64,000 bases of DNA from a virus: positions 38,094 through 102,093 of the IMG/VR virus record IMGVR_UViG_3300009104_000006; one strand, written 5' to 3'. The translations under genes were made by a program, and so were the position numbers. The notes beneath the pieces are model-generated. The model was not told the origin of the DNA, made no database searches, and saw only the letters and a program-made list of their open reading frames with translations. Positions 51,255 to 61,322 of the stretch are shown here, one piece after another; the stretch's first letter is position 1, and each line of letters opens with the position of its first letter.

Positions 51255-52637
51255 TCACTCCGGGCTCAATGTCTTATCGGCCAATTGATGAACCTCATCC
51301 CAAGACATTTGTGCCAAATCCTCAGTCGAAGGAACCACTATTCCGGTGGCGCTCTCGGACTTCTTGAACTCCTCTCCTTCTTCTGCTGGTGTAGTCAAAC
51401 CATCAATGCGCTCTCCAAGTGCTTCGATGGACTTCTGGATAGACTCAAGTGGGCTGCGTGCATCGAATGCTGCTGCCTCTGCCTTGGTAATCTCGGCCTC
51501 TCTCTCGTGCGCGTAGCGTGTAGAGAACTGCTCTTCGAGACTTCCACGTAGTTCATTCTCAAGGGCTGCAGCCTTGTAAACTTCGTAAGCAGCCTCAATA
51601 TCTGAGTCTGTTAGTGAACGAGGGTCGATGAAGTCAGACTTCGCAACCTTGCCACTACCTGTAGTCTTACCGAGTGCGCCAGTTGAAGGCTTGCCACCCT
51701 CCTGCGCGCGTCCCTTAACCTGTCCAGTTCGCTGGAGATGTTGTGCTTCCATCTCTTCTGGAGTAGAGCCGAGGTTAGCCTTTTCCAAATCATCGAAGTG
51801 TGCGCGTGCGGCTTTTGTGTCCACACCGCCACTCTTCAGAGTGTCTTCCATCCAATTCAAGTAATCAGATGTAATGACGTCTGAGAACTCATTGGATTTC
51901 TCCACTGGCTCCTCAGTTGTATCTGCTGCCTCTTTCTTCTTGTCGTCCTTCTTGTCATCATCGTCCTTATCCTTACCTTCAAGGAAAGCAGGCTTCTCGC
52001 CCTTTTCCATATCATCCAAACGTGATTCCAAGCGCGTTAGAACGTCGCCCAGTTGTTTTGTCATATCATTTTCGTCGTTTTCTGTTGTCATATTGTTCAC
52101 TTCCGTGTCTTCTTTTAGTATACTGAATGTTGCTTCGGGGTTGATGCCTTTTTCACAAATCGTTATTTCGTGTAGTTCCAGTTTGCTTATTTCTTGGTAG
52201 TCGCCTCTTTTTGGGTCTGATTTTCTAACCCTTTTGAACGCTTGACCACCGATACTGAATCCTCTGAGAGCGCCTTTTCTAATCTCTGCTGAGACTTCCT
52301 TGGCTTTCTCGATGTCGTTACGGAGTTGCACTACTACAAACATCCCGACATCATCGACTTCGCTTTTCCACAACCTCCCTTCATTATCTGTGTAACTTGG
52401 AACCACATCGCCTACTTGTATATTGGAGTGCGCTAATTGGACGTTTCTGTAAGATGGATTTTCCATGAACTTACGAAATGCGTCCTTTAATGCCTCCTTT
52501 GTTATTACGTCGCCTTGCTTGTCTACAACTTCCACGCTTGCGTAGCCAGCGACAATGAGGTCGTTGCCACCCTTGAGGATGGCGATTGACTCATCGTCAT
52601 GTCTGAACAGTTGTTTACTACCGAGCACACTAACCAT
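51255..52637 (-). CDS. Prohead protease fused to C-terminal scaffold
   Basis: GYAS..VDKQGD, catalytic His in QLAH, Ser in GFSIGG, EITI...NP.A. C-terminal half is acidic and coiled-coil-like. Confidence 0.88.
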   Translation of the reverse strand: MVSVLGSKQLFRHDDESIAILKGGNDLIVAGYASVEVVDKQGDVITKEALKDAFRKFMENPSYRNVQLAHSNIQVGDVVPSYTDNEGRLWKSEVDDVGMFVVVQLRNDIEKAKEVSAEIRKGALRGFSIGGQAFKRVRKSDPKRGDYQEISKLELHEITICEKGINPEATFSILKEDTEVNNMTTENDENDMTKQLGDVLTRLESRLDDMEKGEKPAFLEGKDKDDDDKKDDKKKEAADTTEEPVEKSNEFSDVITSDYLNWMEDTLKSGGVDTKAARAHFDDLEKANLGSTPEEMEAQHLQRTGQVKGRAQEGGKPSTGALGKTTGSGKVAKSDFIDPRSLTDSDIEAAYEVYKAAALENELRGSLEEQFSTRYAHEREAEITKAEAAAFDARSPLESIQKSIEALGERIDGLTTPAEEGEEFKKSESATGIVVPSTEDLAQMSWDEVHQLADKTLSPE

Positions 52638-52672
52638 CCCACGTATTGCTTTACTACTTCAATGCTCCGCGA

Positions 52673-55600
52673 CTAATCCTCAAGACTTCTTTCCTCTAAA
52701 TCGATAGACTGCGCGGCATTTTTCTTCGCTTTCCTCCGTCTACCGGGATAGTCCTCTGGTTTCTCCATGTCCTCTGTAGGCCGCTTTCTCATATCCCAAT
52801 CCGGTAAAGACTCTTCACTATCCAACTTCGTAGGGCCGCGTGGACTCTCGGTTCCATCGCCCACATCATATCCAAAACCTCTTCCAGCCAAATTGCTGAA
52901 TCCCTTCTCCATCGCATCTATTGCGCGTTCTATGAGAATGAGCGTTTTGTAAACGTCGTTTGGCTTCATTATCAGATTCTTATCTTTCTTTGGTTTGAGT
53001 ATGCCAGCACTCTCTTCCTCTATCCTCTCCTCATCTATCTCAGGCTCTATCTCGGTATCTTCCTTTAACATCTCACTTAATGCTATTTTCCAATAAGGCT
53101 CAAGACTCTTAGCGAGGCGTAGAGAGTAATCTGAATCAGTAAGACTACCTATTGCTGCTATTGGCTCGATTGCCTCCCCATCTACTATCTCGTATTTCAC
53201 TAAGTCCTCTGGAAGATGTATAATGAAGTGACTATCATCAATCTCCATAGAGAAAGGTATGTGGAACTCTATGTCCGATTTTGCCAATAGAACCCACTTA
53301 GGGTGCTTTTCTTCTCCCTTCATGTATGTGGACTTTGCATCTCTCAAGAGTATCTTGTCAGACTCCTTACTCAACTCCTTCACTGCATTCTCCAAACCAA
53401 CTTCATCTGTAATTCTAATGTCAGACGGGCTGGGTATGAAAACAGGGTCGTAACTATCGAACTGTCCTCTTAACACTTTAATGCGCTCACGCGTAGAGAG
53501 GTCGTATACGACATCGTCATCATAGAGTAGAATATCATTAACGTAGAACTCTCCGTCTTGCATTACGCCATCTATTACGTAATCCTTCTTTCCGATTTGT
53601 TTGAAAGCACTCCTCATCTTCTCACTCATTGATTGTTTATTACCGCTATCGTCAAATACAGTCACGCGATTCTTCTTGCATTGCACTTTGCATCTTTTTC
53701 CATCCTTATGGATTGAAACGACCCATTCACCAGTGAATCCTCTTAATTGCTTCAAATCTTCAATGTCGAATATCCTATGAAGAGGGTCAATGAGCGGAAC
53801 TTGCTTCGGCAACTCTGCTTTGTCTTTCAGCAATAGATTGGAAATATGCATTGGTTCACTGTATCTAACAGATGGGAAGTCCGCTGATGGTGGATATCCC
53901 GTATCACTGGATGGAGTTTGTTGATTAGATAAGGTCGTTTCTTCAACTGGGTGGCTATCAATCAAAGTTTGTATATGCTCATTGGAATAGTTTGGAAACA
54001 TCATCTGTAACGTTTGGAATGGCACGGTGTGATAATAGCCTTCAGTAGCATTAGTGCCTACAACGATGTTATCGTCTTCATCGTGTTCAATTCCTATTTC
54101 TGGTGTAATCAGATAGCCATCATCCATGCCGCCACTAATATAGTGGTCATGAGGAATAGCCCCTTCTCCGCTATCATGTGATTCGATTGGGACATCATTA
54201 TACCATCCTACCGCTTTCTTTCCCTCAAAAGGGTCAAATTTGGCTTGAAGTGTTTCTCCTTGTAATGCCCCCTCATCGAATACAATAATGCTGTTTGCTA
54301 TATTCTTCATGTCAGTTAAATCTCTCTTATCACCAGTCTTGTCTTTGTGGGAGAACAATAATTCTCTATCTCCCAAAGGCTCGCCTAAGACCTTCTTTTG
54401 TGCCGTCATTGGATTCTTTCTACTGTAGTTAGGAGAAGATTGGAAGGTTAATCCATAGCCCCTCAATGAGTCAGGTTGGAGATTCACAACATTCCTAATT
54501 CCTCTTAATGCAGTATGACCCTCGTGGGATTTATCCCATGCACTTCGTAAAGCGCGTTGCTTTACTTGATATTCGGTGCTCTCGCGTCCAGTTGCTGCCG
54601 AAGTCGGATAACTCTCCTGAAGTTCTTGGAGTTTATCATCTAAGACAGTGTGGATATCTTTCCCTTTCAAACTCCCATATACCGACGGTGCCGGGATTTT
54701 CTTCCCATCCTTATCGAGAACAAACTTCCCCCTCTCGTCCTTCTCGTAATTCGACTGCCATTCTATTCCTGCCGTTGCTAATTGACCGAGAGTAGCAGCA
54801 GTAAAATCACCGCCGTGCACCTTCATCATATGCTTTACGTGTTTACGATGAGGCATATCGTCTGGTAAACCGAGTTTCTTCAGAATCATATGTATTGACT
54901 CATCACCAATTATCTTGCTTCCGACTTCACCTTGCCGCATCAAAGAGGCCAATCTATATTGCTCATCTGATGAAACTCTCTCTGGAGCATCTAATGCGTC
55001 TTTTGACCCAGTAGGTCGAACCCAAGCAGCGGGAGTAGTAAGACCTCCTCCCCCTTTCTTGTAGATACTCCTCATAGCACCTTGTAATGTAGCGGCAACA
55101 TTAGCAAGCGCTTTAGGATTGGTCGGATGATATGCAGAAGGATGGGCTTTGAGAACTTCTGGAATTAAGATATCACGAGCATAATTAGTAACAGCCTTTT
55201 TGTCGCCTCGCATAACATCCTCGTCTCTATCACGCCAACCATATTTCGTTTGCTTTTGCCTTCCACCATATTCACCCCTTGTGGTATGTGTTATCTCATC
55301 CCCGTATACCTTGTTGAACTTCGCCATGAGATTATCGTATCGTCTCATTATTGGATGGTCTGCAGGCAATTCCTCTGGAGGATTCTTCGACTTCATCTCA
55401 TCGAGTATAACATTGAAGTCTTCCAACTCATCCAATAAACCGGGGTCAAGCCTATCTTGGATATTTGAGCCTTTGAAGTGAGGCATCTCTGCTAAGTAAT
55501 CCATTGCATCCATATCGGGAGATGCTCGGAAACTTGGGTTATCCTCTAAATCTTTCAAGGTCGTATGCATTCTTTCACCGGGATTACCAAAAGCGTTACG

Positions 55601-58342
55601 CCTGCCATTGGCGTGGGCTTGTAGACGCGCTAATGCTGCTACTCTTCTTATTCCATAATCTCCCGGCTGCACTCTTCGTGCTATCTCTTCATCAGTCCAT
55701 CCCTTGCGGTTTGATAATATCGGCTCGCCATCTTTGTCAAGCACGAGTTCGCCATCCTTATCTTTCTTGTATTTTGAAGGAGGTTCCTTCCATTCTTTTG
55801 CTGTATTAGTCATAGTAGCAAAATTATGAGAATTGAAATGATGAGCCATGAGGTCTCTTGTAGTTAGGTTCTTCGTTTCCATTACAAAATTCTGTGGAGA
55901 TGGGTTTTCGTGCATAAATCGAGCCATAAAGTAAGGACTGCGAGTCGAAAGATATTGTGAACTGTTCGTCTTGATATTTCTTCCGGGGTGTCTTGCAGTT
56001 CCTATCCTGTGTAATGCGTGAGTATTTGTATCAGTCATAGACATAATACCATGCGGAGTATCGTGGTAGTTCTGCCCATAAGGAAGGAAATGAGGATGAG
56101 CACGTGCCCAAAGTCCCAACGTATCGTTATTAGGAATAATTTTTCCAGACCCCTCTTGTTCTCTGTCTCCTAACTCTGACGATATTCCCTCTCCCTTATT
56201 CCAATCAATATCATCGGCATGAAAATCATGCATTATATCCACATAAGTTGAAAGTTCTCTTCCAAGCCCTCCTCTATGCGCAAATATGCGCCTACCTTGT
56301 GGAAATCCTAATCCCTTGAGCCTTCCTTCAACATCTAAGTAGTGTTCTCGCTCTTCATCAGAAATGTCTTCAGACTTTGGTCCATGATTAACGATATGTG
56401 CTCCCATTGCTGACCTCATCTGTTTTGCACTAAGCGAAAGACCAGTTGCGTGCTTTAGATTTTTGAGAATACCTCGCATGATAGACTTGTTAATCAAAGG
56501 CTCTCTTCTCCCACTAAAGAGGGGGTGGCTCTTGTGCCTTACAGTCAAATCACGATTCCAGCCCATTAAATCCAGAAATCCCTCTGTTCCCAAAGCAATG
56601 TGACTATTATTTGTGAGTTTTTCGCTCAATGCCTCCTTTGCATCCTTCCCTTCTGATAAAGCGCTTTGAATGTCTTCTATATCTCTCTCACTAAACTTTG
56701 GAAGATTCTTGGCCTTACCGATAGGTAAGTCATTTGCATCTACCCTATCCTTACCATACTCTAAGAGGCCATCTCCTTCATAGGCCTCTTCGAGTTTTTC
56801 CATCACATGCTCTAATGCGGTCTTATCATACATCTGTTTTGGTTTCTTATCCATATCTATCTCCCCAGACGCGTGTCTCACATACTGATATGGTTCGCCC
56901 TCATGGATGCCATCATCTTTGACGAGTGTATTAGCCAAAGTGCCAGCAATCATGCCTTCATCTCCATGTATGAATGAATCATGCGGCGTTTCCTTATGCT
57001 CCGGCACATTAGCGCCCGAATGCATTCTGGCACGTTGAAACCAATGCATCTCTCCTTCTTGCCTTTGCTTCTTTGTCTGCTTTATGCGAGCCATAGAAAG
57101 ACGATGCCCATCATCAAGGTCAATGTATTGGTGTTCTGGGTCGTCTGTGCCATGTGTCGCCATATGCTCCATCGCAATAGTCCTCTCTTCTGGAGAAAGG
57201 AACTCCAATCCTCTCATCAAAGTCGAATGCCCCATTCCATGAGCATGGACTTTGGTCATATCTGCTAATGATTCTATTCCCTTTTTGTCCCATTCCTCAT
57301 AGATGCTCTTACTATCCTCTGGTTTGTAGGTTATAGGAGTAATATCATTACTGAGTAATTTCTCCATCCTATCATTGAAATGCTCCTCTTCCAAGTCCTT
57401 GCCTTCTTTGTCCAGCGCTTTGACTCTATCTTTGTGCTTCTCGGTATCTTCTTCATTGAAACCTCCCCAATCACCAGTTCCATTCTTCCATCTCTCGAAG
57501 TCTCTCAATCGTAATCCATGAAGATGGTTAGTAAATTCACTTTCATGTCCATCATCTCCACCTAAGAAAGAGAAGTTCCCATCAGGAACAGAATCGTAGA
57601 TAGTCTGCGTATCATATTCCTTAGAGCCGTCTCCAATTGCATCTTTCTTCCAATGTGCTCTATGCTTCTTTTCCGCGTTTGCTACCTTCTCGGCCCATTT
57701 ATTCTTACCTAAATAGAACTCCCTAAGCATCTGTTCCCATTCTGGTTTACCAGTATCAGCGCGAATCCTCCTTAATGGGTGCACTCTTTTATCAAAAGGA
57801 TTGACGTCAGTATAATTCTCTTCTGGTTCGGTTTCAACTCCTGTCTCAACCCAACGCGCTACCCCATCCTTATCTTCGATTTTCTCCCTTACAGGTCTCG
57901 TTCTCGATGGTAGAACTTCCGGCCAGAGGCCGTGCTTCATACTGATAGGTATCTTATTTCTCTCCATAAACTGCGAATGAGTTTCCCCCTTCCTCTTCTC
58001 AGTAAATAAGGGAAAATTGAATCTATCGTTATCGTTCTTATCAAAGGCCATCTTTATTCGTTGAAGCCAAGGATGACGTGTCCCCATTTCCATATGAAAA
58101 GCAGGTCGCCATGATGCGAATGGTTGGCTGCTTCTGCCCTCTTCTGCTTTTAGAAAATCGGAACTAAACCCCTGACAGAGTTCGTCTTCTGATGTAGAAT
58201 GAAACTCTATACCGTGATTCTCCAGATTTATCGTGGAAATAACATAGTCACCGACCTCTTGCTCTGGGTCGGTGCCGTCGTATATGGCCTTCAGTAATTC
58301 AGAACGATGACGCAGATAGACATCCATTGGACCTTCTCTCAT
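52673..58342 (-). CDS. Large (1889 aa) head-module protein with C-terminal degenerate ATP-dependent DNA ligase-like domain
   Basis: Ligase-like motifs WVVSIHKDGKR, VIDG, VNDIL, R...L, LLRDAKSTY..G....W. The rest is charged and His-rich with no family I recognise. Confidence 0.8.
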   Translation of the reverse strand: MREGPMDVYLRHRSELLKAIYDGTDPEQEVGDYVISTINLENHGIEFHSTSEDELCQGFSSDFLKAEEGRSSQPFASWRPAFHMEMGTRHPWLQRIKMAFDKNDNDRFNFPLFTEKRKGETHSQFMERNKIPISMKHGLWPEVLPSRTRPVREKIEDKDGVARWVETGVETEPEENYTDVNPFDKRVHPLRRIRADTGKPEWEQMLREFYLGKNKWAEKVANAEKKHRAHWKKDAIGDGSKEYDTQTIYDSVPDGNFSFLGGDDGHESEFTNHLHGLRLRDFERWKNGTGDWGGFNEEDTEKHKDRVKALDKEGKDLEEEHFNDRMEKLLSNDITPITYKPEDSKSIYEEWDKKGIESLADMTKVHAHGMGHSTLMRGLEFLSPEERTIAMEHMATHGTDDPEHQYIDLDDGHRLSMARIKQTKKQRQEGEMHWFQRARMHSGANVPEHKETPHDSFIHGDEGMIAGTLANTLVKDDGIHEGEPYQYVRHASGEIDMDKKPKQMYDKTALEHVMEKLEEAYEGDGLLEYGKDRVDANDLPIGKAKNLPKFSERDIEDIQSALSEGKDAKEALSEKLTNNSHIALGTEGFLDLMGWNRDLTVRHKSHPLFSGRREPLINKSIMRGILKNLKHATGLSLSAKQMRSAMGAHIVNHGPKSEDISDEEREHYLDVEGRLKGLGFPQGRRIFAHRGGLGRELSTYVDIMHDFHADDIDWNKGEGISSELGDREQEGSGKIIPNNDTLGLWARAHPHFLPYGQNYHDTPHGIMSMTDTNTHALHRIGTARHPGRNIKTNSSQYLSTRSPYFMARFMHENPSPQNFVMETKNLTTRDLMAHHFNSHNFATMTNTAKEWKEPPSKYKKDKDGELVLDKDGEPILSNRKGWTDEEIARRVQPGDYGIRRVAALARLQAHANGRRNAFGNPGERMHTTLKDLEDNPSFRASPDMDAMDYLAEMPHFKGSNIQDRLDPGLLDELEDFNVILDEMKSKNPPEELPADHPIMRRYDNLMAKFNKVYGDEITHTTRGEYGGRQKQTKYGWRDRDEDVMRGDKKAVTNYARDILIPEVLKAHPSAYHPTNPKALANVAATLQGAMRSIYKKGGGGLTTPAAWVRPTGSKDALDAPERVSSDEQYRLASLMRQGEVGSKIIGDESIHMILKKLGLPDDMPHRKHVKHMMKVHGGDFTAATLGQLATAGIEWQSNYEKDERGKFVLDKDGKKIPAPSVYGSLKGKDIHTVLDDKLQELQESYPTSAATGRESTEYQVKQRALRSAWDKSHEGHTALRGIRNVVNLQPDSLRGYGLTFQSSPNYSRKNPMTAQKKVLGEPLGDRELLFSHKDKTGDKRDLTDMKNIANSIIVFDEGALQGETLQAKFDPFEGKKAVGWYNDVPIESHDSGEGAIPHDHYISGGMDDGYLITPEIGIEHDEDDNIVVGTNATEGYYHTVPFQTLQMMFPNYSNEHIQTLIDSHPVEETTLSNQQTPSSDTGYPPSADFPSVRYSEPMHISNLLLKDKAELPKQVPLIDPLHRIFDIEDLKQLRGFTGEWVVSIHKDGKRCKVQCKKNRVTVFDDSGNKQSMSEKMRSAFKQIGKKDYVIDGVMQDGEFYVNDILLYDDDVVYDLSTRERIKVLRGQFDSYDPVFIPSPSDIRITDEVGLENAVKELSKESDKILLRDAKSTYMKGEEKHPKWVLLAKSDIEFHIPFSMEIDDSHFIIHLPEDLVKYEIVDGEAIEPIAAIGSLTDSDYSLRLAKSLEPYWKIALSEMLKEDTEIEPEIDEERIEEESAGILKPKKDKNLIMKPNDVYKTLILIERAIDAMEKGFSNLAGRGFGYDVGDGTESPRGPTKLDSEESLPDWDMRKRPTEDMEKPEDYPGRRRKAKKNAAQSIDLEERSLED

Positions 58343-58356
58343 GCATCATCACCTTA

Positions 58357-58491
58357 TCACCCATTCATTGGACATTGTTCTATGGGTAATCCTTGTTGTC
58401 GCCTACACCCCTCGCTGGGAGTAGCGCCGCATGTTCTACATGATGTAGAATCTATGACGCCTTTGATTACAGCAACTTTGGTCACACTCAT
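58357..58491 (-). CDS. Cys-rich microprotein (44 aa)
   Basis: Hand-translated: MSVTKVAVIKGVIDSTSCRTCGATPSEGC...CPMNG, with an ATGA overlap. Confidence 0.6.
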   Translation of the reverse strand: MSVTKVAVIKGVIDSTSCRTCGATPSEGCRRQQGLPIEQCPMNG

Positions 58492-58811
58492 CCCTCGACA
58501 AGCCTGTTTACGGTGTCGTGGGTGTTCTTCATTGGAGTATTATCAAGATTTATGCTCTCACTGGATGCTCCCTTATTAGCGACATCATCGGAATCAAGAA
58601 GTGATTGATTTGTGTTATAGAAGGCATTGTAAGTTTGTCCTCCACTCTCTGCCATGAATTGAACGCCACCCGGTCTCGTATCAAAAGTAGTTTCTGGATG
58701 GTGAGATGATTTCTGTATCTCTGCCTCATCTATGCGCTTCTCAAGTGCAATTGCTTTCATCAATAATTCTTGGACCTCGGACGAGGTTTCTTCATATCTT
58801 GGTTTTACCAT
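58488..58811 (-). CDS. Hypothetical head-module protein
   Basis: GGAG SD, coupled to neighbours, contains LMKA, LEKR and IQKS. Confidence 0.7.
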   Translation of the reverse strand: MVKPRYEETSSEVQELLMKAIALEKRIDEAEIQKSSHHPETTFDTRPGGVQFMAESGGQTYNAFYNTNQSLLDSDDVANKGASSESINLDNTPMKNTHDTVNRLVEG

Positions 58812-59158
58812 CAATACATCTCCTTTACTTCTCTATGTTGGTCTGCCATATCATGTATCTCATCCCAACTCATTTCGTGAATCTCAGTATTGCTAAACTT
58901 ATCTGGGTCAGAGGAGTCTGCCTCTGCCTTGAGAAGTCCGCCAGTCTGCACATCTGCTCTGAATGCATCCACTTCAACATCCTCTGATAGAGGAGTGCCG
59001 AAAGGGACAAAACCTGCTTTACGTAGGAGAACTTTTGGATTATCCATCATTCTCTTGAGAATAAGATTCTCTGCCTTTAGCGTCTGAACCTCATTATCCA
59101 TACTCTCCATCTTAGAGATGAGAGTATTCATGAGTTTTCCTGCGTCTCCTTCTTCCAT
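58811..59158 (-). CDS. Coiled-coil head-module protein with scaffold-like C-terminal motif
   Basis: N-terminal heptads. C-terminal EIHEMSWDEIHDMAD matches the scaffold terminus. Confidence 0.72.
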   Translation of the reverse strand: MEEGDAGKLMNTLISKMESMDNEVQTLKAENLILKRMMDNPKVLLRKAGFVPFGTPLSEDVEVDAFRADVQTGGLLKAEADSSDPDKFSNTEIHEMSWDEIHDMADQHREVKEMY

Positions 59159-59167
59159 TATATCGCC

Positions 59168-59518
59168 TCAAACTCTTCGTCCGAAAGTTCCCCTTGCCTT
59201 TTTCATAACATGGTTATTTCTTGCTGATAAGATGGTTCCGGGCAATTGATTGTCACGATACTGAGGGTCGAAGTTTGCACCAGATTGATTGAACTTCATA
59301 ACTTGCCATGAGTTATCGGGCGTTACTATTTCATCCTCTCCTTTCTTTACAGCCATAAGAAGGTCGTCCTCAAGAGTGCTTGCATACTTGATTATCTCCA
59401 TAATATGCTGTCTTGCGACATCTGCATTGCCATCTTCTATTGCTTTCGCAAGTTCTTCATTGTGGGCTGTCATTTTTCGCGCCATTGGGTGCATTTTGAT
59501 GAGGTCCATTGTCTTCAC
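59168..59518 (-). CDS. Hypothetical head-module protein
   Basis: 116-aa helical ORF after the portal. Confidence 0.7.
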   Translation of the reverse strand: MKTMDLIKMHPMARKMTAHNEELAKAIEDGNADVARQHIMEIIKYASTLEDDLLMAVKKGEDEIVTPDNSWQVMKFNQSGANFDPQYRDNQLPGTILSARNNHVMKKARGTFGRRV

Positions 59519-59549
59519 TGCCTATTGCGTATACGCGATGCTATTTGAA

Positions 59550-61322
59550 TTACGCGCCCTTTATTCGTCTTGCGTTTAGCAGCGCACGACTATTATCCTG
59601 CGCTAATGAGTTCTGTGGTCCCCTCTGTTGAACTGATGAAACAGGGGAGCCTATACCGAAAGATGTTCGGCTTTGTGGCGAGGCTGGTCCTCTTGGCGTT
59701 CTTATTCCCATTCCCTCTCCTCCGGGTTGTGATGGCGGCATTACCTGATTGAGTGGCATACCGGGTGGCATTCCTCCATGCGGCATTCCTCCACGTTGTG
59801 CCATTCCCGGCGGCATCATTCCATTAGGCATCATTCCAGTGCCGGGCGGCATTCCTTGCGGCGGTGCCATTCCGGGCGGCATTGGTGGCGCTCCATCCTG
59901 TTGAGGGTCCATTTGACGATAAGTAAAGCGTATATCTCTGTCTCCTTCCTCCATGAGTTCGGGCTTGTAGCCAAGCATCATCATTCTCTGAGCAAGATTT
60001 ACTTCCATTTCGTCTCGTCGCAAACGAGTAATTTCATCCTCTTCCTCATTAGGATAGAGAGTGAGTTTCCAATCTGTGACGTCCATTTCTTTAAGCATAC
60101 GAGGGAAAAGCACGTCAGTGTAAACCTTCTGACCGAACTCGACAGCCCGATTAGTTACAAGAATCTGCATTCCCTCGTTATTCAAACCGCCACTCTTACC
60201 ACTATCAATCATGAAAATGCTACTTACACCAAAGAAAGCGGCTATACGATTCCTCATCTCATCTCTAACTGAAATATACTGCATTTCCTCAAGAGTGTCC
60301 ATGAACTTAACCCAATTCACTCCACCTCTTCCAGTCTGACTCTCTATGCCAACTTTTGGTATGTAATGTGGGTCACGCTCCATTTTCTCATCAACAGTCT
60401 TCCAAAATGACTTCATCGATTCAAGATTATCAGTGGTAACAGATATGATTCCTTTCGGACTCCTTCTCTTCTGATATGCTGTATACATGTAATTATCCAT
60501 TGCCGTCAAAGTCATGGCTTGTCGCCACATGGTATTAACTGGGCTCTTACCATACAACTTGGATGGATTGTATTTACTGATATGGAGAACCTCTCCTTCC
60601 AGATAATACTGTGTCTTCCCACTTCCTGCCATATTGGCATAGTGGGCTTCCTGCATGTTATTTCCACAGACTTGGCATTTCTCGTCTTGTCCGGGATAGG
60701 AAACTTGGTCACGATGGAGAGGACATACTTTGTATCTACCACCACGAACTCCGCGCTTATCTGAGATGATTCTCATGAATATCGGGTCGCCTCTGATGAT
60801 TTCCTTTACTCGATAGAACTTCATATCTGATGTCTCAGGGTCTACGAAGTATTCCTTAACGCAAATCAAGAATGCATCATCCACTATATTGAGGTCTTTC
60901 TCAATCTCAGCCATTATGTGCATGAAGTTCTGTTCCATCGAATTTTGCTGCTCAAGAAGCCATTTAGGATAGATTAGTTGATTTACATCTGGCGTCTTCA
61001 GTTGCCCGCCACATAGATTACATTGTTCTACTTCATTCTTGTATTCCTCACCACAGTCCATACACTTGTGCTGAAACTTCTTTTCCCAATAGTAGCCTCG
61101 TCTGAATATCTCCTGCGCTAATTTAGAAATGACTGTTCGCAGTATGAGATTCTCGTGCGTGACCGCATATAGCGCGGGTAGTGTAATACCCTGCGCTAAG
61201 ACTGGTTCCTGTATACCGGTAGTATAGAGGGGCATCTGCGGTTCTGGCGTAGTTCGACTTCTGAATGGCGCCGAGACTCTTCTTAGGAATCCGCGTATTC
61301 CTCCTTCTTCTTCATCTGCCAT
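59550..61322 (-). CDS. Portal protein
   Basis: D......DAF, EVLHI, LYGKSP, PKGII, IAAFFGV motifs. Located between terminase and protease. GGAGG SD before ATG 61322. Confidence 0.88.
   Translation of the reverse strand: MADEEEGGIRGFLRRVSAPFRSRTTPEPQMPLYTTGIQEPVLAQGITLPALYAVTHENLILRTVISKLAQEIFRRGYYWEKKFQHKCMDCGEEYKNEVEQCNLCGGQLKTPDVNQLIYPKWLLEQQNSMEQNFMHIMAEIEKDLNIVDDAFLICVKEYFVDPETSDMKFYRVKEIIRGDPIFMRIISDKRGVRGGRYKVCPLHRDQVSYPGQDEKCQVCGNNMQEAHYANMAGSGKTQYYLEGEVLHISKYNPSKLYGKSPVNTMWRQAMTLTAMDNYMYTAYQKRRSPKGIISVTTDNLESMKSFWKTVDEKMERDPHYIPKVGIESQTGRGGVNWVKFMDTLEEMQYISVRDEMRNRIAAFFGVSSIFMIDSGKSGGLNNEGMQILVTNRAVEFGQKVYTDVLFPRMLKEMDVTDWKLTLYPNEEEDEITRLRRDEMEVNLAQRMMMLGYKPELMEEGDRDIRFTYRQMDPQQDGAPPMPPGMAPPQGMPPGTGMMPNGMMPPGMAQRGGMPHGGMPPGMPLNQVMPPSQPGGEGMGIRTPRGPASPQSRTSFGIGSPVSSVQQRGPQNSLAQDNSRALLNARRIKGA

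Noticed and set aside
52673-58342. Canonical active DNA ligase
   Set aside because: Catalytic motifs I, IV and V are degenerate, so it is reported as ligase-like only.
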